A stretch of DNA of 63,997 nucleotides, filler included, from Stramenopiles sp. TOSAG23-2 (lineage: Eukaryota): the NCBI GenBank assembly GCA_900128395.1. It is 18 parts of 18 records of this genome, joined end to end, with 100 filler letters (N's around TTAATTAATTAA, not from the genome) between each part and the next. Parts side by side here need not be neighbours in the genome. Positions count along the whole stretch, not along the records: positions 57,052 to 60,497 come from LT651207.1; positions 60,598 to 63,997 come from LT651224.1; 16 more parts are not named here. One strand, 5' to 3'. A program made the translations under genes and the position numbers. This document shows, piece by piece, positions 57,052 to 63,997 of the stretch. Position 1 is the first letter of the stretch. The number at the start of each line of letters is the position of its first letter. The notes under the pieces were generated by a model. The model had not been told where the DNA came from. It did not search any database and saw only the letters and a list, made by a program, of their open reading frames with translations.

Positions 57052-60000
57052 GTCCTGGACATAGTCGTAGTTCTTTTTCATCAAATCTGAATTAAAAAAT
57101 TGTTTTTCAAACCTTATCTTCGTACCTTTTTTCTGCAATGAATAAGACATCAAATATCCATTTTTAATTACAATGCGCGAGTCTTTGATTTCAAAATATG
57201 TCCGATCTCTGGTTTTTGGAGTTATTTTGTAATCTGTACTAGTTCCGGTAAACATATTATACATTTCAAATTTGTTTCGAAGAAACTCTTTTTTTCTATA
57301 TGCACATAGATCCCATATGCCTCTACTGCTAAAACGCGCATGGTAACTTATCACGTTGGAACCTTGATTTTTCATGTTTGCTTTTAAATTTTCTTTAATA
57401 GCTTTTGGTATGACACTTGTCATCTTACCTTTTTTTTCCTCTGCAGTTTTAATCGCATCTTGTATTTTTTGCGCTTCAGCAGTATCTAGTCTTTTTATCT
57501 TTTTGAATTTTATCTTCTTCTTTTTCTTCTTCCTAGCCGATACAATAGCTTGTGTGGGTTGCCATTTAATCTTCGTGAAGTCGGGATCTTCGCCACTTTC
57601 ATCAAAATCTTCTTCCCCATCTTTCTTCCTTTTTTTGTAATTTTGGCTTGATGTGCAAAACATGTGCTTGCATCTCTTAAGAGTCCAACAGCATATTTTT
57701 CTCCAAAAGATGACAACTATATCCCCACCGACAATATATAGGACGATAATGATACAAGCCAAAACCATAATCGTAGCAACAACTAAAAAGACATCAATAA
57801 ATGTATCGTCATATTGACCACCTAAACGTGTACCTTTTTCAAAAGCCGCATTCCGCAACAACAAGCCTGTAATCAAGGTAATAAATAACTGAATGGAAGT
57901 GACGTATTGTAAAAATTGGTCTGTCCCGCTCACTAATGGCTTCCAAAGACCAGATAAAAAAAGGTAAAAAACGCATATTATTACGCCGAAAAAGACTTGT
58001 GTAGTAGCATTTTTACCCATCAGTACAAGCGCACCTACTAAAATAATTTTTCTTCCCATCTCGACCACTTCAAACAGGTAAAATTCTCGTTTATATGCAC
58101 GATACAATGCGCCATATTTTGCCCTAGTCTGCATCACAACCGTATGTACATCTCTACGTATAGGAGTTGAACTTGAATTGGGATCTTGTTTAATGATTTT
58201 TCTATTAAAAAATAAAACTGAAGTATACATTAAAGGAATCCCAACAACATAAAGCAATGCCCATAGTATGGCAGCTCGATGCATATCTATATAAGCTTGT
58301 TTATCCGTTCTGATGGATAAGTCAGATTGCATATACCAATGTTCTCCATACTTTTCTAAAGCAAAGACACGGAAAATTCTTAAACCTAAGCCTGGATACA
58401 TAACAAATAAAACGAAATTTACTAGTTTTAAAGCTCTTGCATTTAGCGTTCGCGTGTCATATAAAACCATCTGCCTAGTGCAACATTTATACAATTGAGC
58501 GGATACGTATGCAAACAACATAATAGCTAACAGACTTAAAGGTACTCGCATATGAAAATAAAATTGCGTCTGGTAGCTTGTATCTAAGACGCATTTAAAG
58601 TCTCCAAAAAATGCAAAGATGTCAATGTTAAACGGCGCATAAAGGCCGGTCATTATTTGATCAAATGTCCGTGGCCATGGTACATCAAATGTAATGTTGA
58701 ATGAGGACAAAATCTGCCCCCAGGAAAAGATGATTTTCATAGTACTACCGATATTAACATTTTTTGTACCATAATCAGTTCCAGGATATGAGTCTGAATT
58801 CCCAGCTAGATTGCGCTCGATGTCGTCTATTAAACCACGCTTTGAACCTTTCAAACCCCGATCTAGCTGATTAGTAGCGCCGAGAGTTACACCTAAACCT
58901 TGTTCTTTAATAGCTCTGATATGGAAGTTTCGTTTTCTGCGCAGATTAGGATTTTTCTCGTATTTTAGGGAATCCCAAACGGCATGGTCCACTCTGGCAG
59001 TCAGATGCTTACGTTGAGATGGGTTGTAACATTCTGCCAATGTGTGCTTCCACATGTGATCAAAGATGCATTTCTCTATTTTTCCATTTTGATCGCAATC
59101 AAACGCATAGAAGACTGTTTCTGCTGCATCTGTTGGAAAGCGATTTTCAGATATCTTGCCATATGAGCGAATGGCATGGCTATATTCCTCAAACTCGATG
59201 TATCCACTATCATCTGCATCAAGCATATCAAAAATCATTCCAGCTCGTGTCATCATATACAATGATAATAAATACCATAGAAATGCCATGATTCCCATCA
59301 TTGTATAAAAAAGTGTTAAATAATTTACACCACCGCCATAATTAGCGCATGGAATACAATCCGTTTTAGCAGGAGCGATATATTTGCTTTTGCATTCATC
59401 GCAGAGTGGCACACTTTTGTTGCGACCGACTCCGCACTGATTACTAATATTCCCCCCCGCACAAATAACAGATGTACCCGTGTCTGCTCCAGCATAATTC
59501 ACGTCGTTACATAAGTGAAAATAAGTATCATCATCCAGTGCTCGCCAATAGCCACGTGCAGTCGTCAATTTTCGAAGTTGTTGGCCTAATTCTGTACAAA
59601 CTGCTCCTTCTGGGCATTTCGCACATCTATCCCTTCTATTTTCTTCAGCTGAAATATTTAAACGTTGGTCATAATACCCTATGTCGCATACGCATTGCGT
59701 GGTCGAAATCGAAGCTTCGCCGAGTGTTGTTGAGTAAATCATACACAATTTACAGTCCATCATCCCGCTTTTATCGTTGTACTTCCCAATCTGGCAGTCT
59801 GTACAGGTGCTAGCTTCGTCAAGTGCAGCATATTTACCAGGCTTGCAATTTTTGCACTGTGTAGAGCCAGCTTCTCTTCCTCCACTACTCATCCCAGCCA
59901 AACATATTACGCATTCCTTTGAGTTACTTCTTGGTTGGGCCCTACCTGGAGAACATCCTGTGCAAGAACTAGATCCAGAAGTGCTATATTTTCCAGCTGG

Positions 60001-60495
60001 ACAAGTACTGCAACTTGTAGCTTTTCCACCGCTAAACTTTCCTCCGGGGCAGGGGTTGCAGCGACTTGATCCTGTCAATGCTTGAAACTGCCCAGGTTGA
60101 CATTCATTGCACATGACACTGCCAGCACCAGACATATAACCAGCCGCACATTTTTTGCAATTTTCCACTAAACCATCAAGATTTGCTTCAAATTTACCAG
60201 CAGAGCACGGCAAGCATCTACCAGGCATCAAACCATAATGATGCCCAGGTTTACACGTCGTCGACGCCTTTGCTGATACTGTGCATAATCTATCTAAAGT
60301 AGTATCTTTAAAATAGACCCCATCGTTGCAAGTATATGTTTTCTCATTTGTATACTTGTTAGGCAAATGAACTTTACAAGCAGAAAGCATGCCTGCGCGT
60401 AAAGGACATGACGTAAAATCTTCACAACATGATTTGTTGCATGTTTTTCCAAAGTGTCTTATATCTCTCCATGCGTCTTCCGAATCACTTTCTTC
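57052..60495 (-). CDS. Cys-rich (GCC2/GCC3, ephrin-receptor-like) repeat ectodomain, EF-hand pair and multi-pass TRP-like membrane domain; both ends truncated
   Basis: Many C..C.AG.Y repeats and GYWR; TM, then DADDSGYIEFEEY and DCDQNGKIE; KIIFSWGQI..F..PWP, YGALYRAYK..Y.FEVVEM.RK. Confidence 0.8.
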
Positions 60496-60599
60496 CTNNN
60501 NNNNNNNNNNNNNNNNNNNNNNNNNNNNNNNNNNNNNNNNNTTAATTAATTAANNNNNNNNNNNNNNNNNNNNNNNNNNNNNNNNNNNNNNNNNNNNCG

Positions 60600-63500
60600 A
60601 AACGCGAGGCGCAAAGCGTCATCGAAGACGCCGAGAGGAAACGCTCGGAATATCGCACTCGAGCGATGACGGCTAAAGCTCGCGCGGAAGAACAAATGCG
60701 CGAAAAGGAAAAGGAAATGCAAGTCGCGAATAGAGATTTGGAAAAGCTGCGTCAAAAAGTCGAACAAGCGGAATCAGTATCTGCGTTGCCCCTAAAATCG
60801 ATGGAATCGAAGCTGCAGTCGATGCAATTTGAAGTCACTCGAGTGAAAACAGCCGCCAAGAATAAGAAGGACGCGTTATCAGCCGAACTCGTGAAGAAAG
60901 GTAAGGAGGTTCGCGAAATGGAGCGCGCGAAAGCTGCCGCGGTTCAAGATGCAGAAAATATCGAACGACAATTCAAAGAAAAGCGAGAGCAAAGCGAACA
61001 GGCTTTAGAGCGAGGCAAGCAAGCATTGGAAGCGGCGAAAAACTCAACCTTAACCGCGGAAAAGCGTCATTTTGAGCGTGTGGAGCACGTTCGCGAAATG
61101 CTCGTTGAGACAAAGAAAGAGTACGTGAAAGAGAAAGAAGCGTTGATCGCGGCGAAGAAGAAGTACGAAAATGAACTCGCGAAACTCGAAGAGGAGCGCG
61201 CGCAAGCCGTGCAAGAATTAGAGAATCAACGCGCCGTGACCAAAAAAGCTCGAGAAGCGCAGCGTTTGCAATTGCAAAACAAACGAGTCATGTTAGATGA
61301 AGCATCGGAAGCGTTAAAAGAGGTGAAAAAGCAACGAGACGTCATCGAGGTTGAGCATAAAGCTTCGCTCGCCACAGCGAATGAAAACTTTCAGCGAACC
61401 GAAACTCGAATGAATGCCGAGAAAGCGAAACTGAAACAGATGGAAGAGAAACACAGAGCCACTTTAAAAGACATCGAGAATAAGGTTGAAACCGCGGATT
61501 CGACGACGGAAGATATAATTCGCCAGATCGAAAATGCCGATCGCGATTTCGAGAAAAGAAAGAACGAACTCGAGCTGAGGTTAGAGGTCGCGACGGAAAG
61601 CTTAGAAAAGACGGAAGAGGAGTTACGCAGCACAAAGTTAAGAGTCGAAGCGCAGAGAGAAGAGTTGGAGTTGCGAGAACAGGCGTGTCAAGAGAAGGAA
61701 GCGGAGGCAGAAAATGCCGCCGAGTCGTCGAAATCGTTGATCAAATCTATGGAAGAAGACGTCAACGAGTTGCGAGTGAAAATTGAAACCGAGGAGAAGC
61801 GCGTCAACGAAGAAACTACCGCAGTGCAAAGAGATTTAGAGGCGAAACGAGCGCACTTGGAATTGGAAGCGACTAAGCTGGAATCTGCGTTAGACCGCGC
61901 CAGGGATATCTTCCCGCGCGAAAGTGCCTCCGCGCAGCAAGCGTACACTTTAGAAGCTATGATTGCGCCGACGGAATCGGCGAGAGAAGAGGCGGAACGG
62001 TTGGCGCTGGAATCCGAGGTACAATCGGAGAAGAACATGGCTAGGTTAATGGAACTGGCTGAAATGGTTGGTAACGCGAACACGGAGTTGAAAAGTTCTT
62101 CGAGCTTCACAGGTGGTGTTTTTACTTCTGCGAATGCAGCACAAGAAACGACGTCGACGACTTCGTTTGAATTCGCAACGGGCGAATTGCCGTTCACAGA
62201 ATCGAAAAAAACGTCGGACAACGTTTTTGATCGTCAGACGTCCACCTCGGACGCGCCTGAACCGTTCACGGGTGGGTTTGCCGAGGCCGAAGATGCCTTC
62301 TCACCGCAAATGGTGACTAAATCGTACTCTGCAAATGGGTTCACGTTCGATGACGGTAATGACGCCTTCGCTAATGACGCTTTCGGCAATGAGTTTGATG
62401 CATCGACGAAACCGACAGCAACGGCGGTAAATTTCGAAAAGCCCTTATCCAGTGCGCGTTCTGCGCCGGCAAACGTAGAAGATATCGACGATGATGACCC
62501 CTTCGATGTTCGTTTCGATGCGGACAAAAGAACTGCACACGAGACTTTAGACAAAGAGGCGAAAGAAGACGAAGAATTCTTCAAAGATTTCGGCGAGGAC
62601 ACATTTGCTCCATTCGAACAAGAAGAAGAGGATGATGATGACGGTGACGGCATATTCGGTCAGTCGAGCGGGAAAGATGGAATCCACGAAGGGTCGTCGA
62701 GAGTGCCTCTTGAGGACGATATCGCGTTTGAAGAGGAGGAAGATTTCTTCGCGCCAATTTCGCAGAAACCGGTGCAATCTTTCGAGGATTTCAACAACGC
62801 GATTAGTGATAAAGAACAGAAACAAAGTGTCAGATTCGAGGATACGAATGACAACGCGTTTAAGCTACCAGAACAAACCGGTAGAGGTGCGTTTGATGAC
62901 GACGACGATGCGTTTAACCAGGAATTCTCCGGCGATTTTAATTCTCGAGACGACGGATTCGGCACGAACAACAGCAACGACGGATTTTCGGACGAATTTG
63001 GTGAATTTGAATCGTCCAGGCAAATAAGCGATGACAAGAACGATGTTAATGATGTCGACGCGGATCATGCGTTCAACGATGCCACGGACGAGGACGAACC
63101 ATCGTCGCTGCATCGCCCTCAAACTTCTGCCGCCGCCGCCGTCCCGGAGATTACCGAGGACGTTGACGATAAAGAAGACGATCTGCCACTCTACATCAAT
63201 CGTGATGATCTCGAACGCTCTAAAAACGCGTGGCATACGCTCAGAAAATCCTTGAACGATCCGAATGCTCTCGGCGTTAGCGGCGCGCAAGTTGCGGCCA
63301 TGGTGACGAAAACTGGTTTGCCGAATGAGAAGCTCGCGAGCATGTGGAACGCGAGTTGTACATCCGAAGGATCAAGTTTAGTTTTGGGTGATTTTTGCGT
63401 ATTCATGCATTTGTTGAAACACGCACTCAGTGGTGGGAACATTCCAGACTTTCGCATCGAGGGGTCTCTTCGTGAAGAAATGTTAGGCGCGGATGTCGTT

Positions 63501-63961
63501 AACGAAGAGGCGAGATTGGTTAACGAAGCCAAAGGCTCACTTTCGAATGAAGAGAGCGAACCAGACAAGACAGCGAAGGACCAGCAACATCTGCAACAAC
63601 AAACGATGCCCCCACCAGTGCATATCCCTACACCACAACACCAGCAACAGCAGCAGCACCAGCAACAGCAGCAGCAGCAACAACAACAACAACCCTCGCC
63701 AATGCGTCGTTCGATTGGTGGTCAGCACTCGCCCACTCGTCGCGACTCGGATGCGCTCCCGAAGGAAGGTCAGCAGCGCTTGAAAGTCTTCATCGATTCA
63801 GTCGCCAACGTCAAAGATGCATCCAAAATGCAACAAGTACACTGTAAAGTATGTTTAGTCGACACGAACGGGCAAGAATTGGAACAACCTCAAAACACGG
63901 CGGTTGGCGCCCGACCCGGGAACGACAACAACTCGTTGATATTACAAAACGCAGTCACCTT
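60600..63961 (+). CDS. Eps15-like endocytic adaptor (coiled coil, DPF/DAF-rich region, EH domain, AIDA-type C2 domain) from a different, higher-GC organism; both ends truncated; absent from ORF track
   Basis: Frame starting at 60600 (KREAQSVIEDAERKR..) matches the frame at the contig end and no stop was seen. VSGAQVAAMVTKTGLPNEKLASMW..DFCVFMHL is EH-like; RLKVFIDSVANVKDA..LVDTNGQELEQPQNT is AIDA-C2-like. Confidence 0.75.
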
Positions 63962-63995
63962 AGATCGGAAGAGCACACGTCTGAACTCCAGTCAC
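63962..63995 (+). other. Illumina TruSeq adapter contamination
   Basis: AGATCGGAAGAGCACACGTCTGAACTCCAGTCAC, exact. Confidence 0.99.
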
Positions 63996-63997
63996 AG

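Noticed and set aside
3488-60597. Regularly spaced TTAATTAATTAA motifs and apparent gene neighbourhoods across them
   Set aside because: Artificial linkers between size-sorted contigs; no operon or cluster can be inferred across them.
60546-63783. Many short ORFs on both strands in the last contig
   Set aside because: Shadows of one long plus-strand frame in GC-richer DNA.

Overview
This is not one continuous locus. It is 18 unrelated contigs of about 3.4-3.5 kb, sorted by decreasing length and joined by an artificial 100-bp linker (N44-TTAATTAATTAA-N44), so gene order across linkers means nothing. Seventeen contigs come from a very AT-rich, intron-poor, flagellated microbial eukaryote (CFAP206, COPE, a USP, an SLC25 carrier and FERM, Myb, GT31 and FMO genes; a heterotrophic stramenopile is plausible but only inferred). 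The last contig is much richer in GC and CpG, looks like a different organism (Mamiellophyceae-like) and ends in an Illumina adapter. Exact 55-bp terminal duplications and a 3.47-kb perfect palindrome point to a k=55 assembly of amplified (single-cell/MDA) DNA. The best biological lead is a spliced gene whose TGA stop is followed by CAATTA, the TMV-type leaky-stop hexamer, and then by at least 298 in-frame codons of coiled-coil repeats (candidate programmed readthrough). Other leads: recurrent zonation of intergenic DNA ((TA)n, then CWG/CTAG micro-duplication clusters, then TACG/CGTA clusters), a silaffin-like Lys/Ser secreted protein, an SMC-like protein with a degenerate ATPase head, a bacterial-type propeller/helical enzyme absent from the ORF track, multi-domain sensor and lectin proteins, and several MITE-like repeats. 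I saw no rRNA, tRNA or CRISPR array. All family calls are by-eye motif recognition, not database searches.
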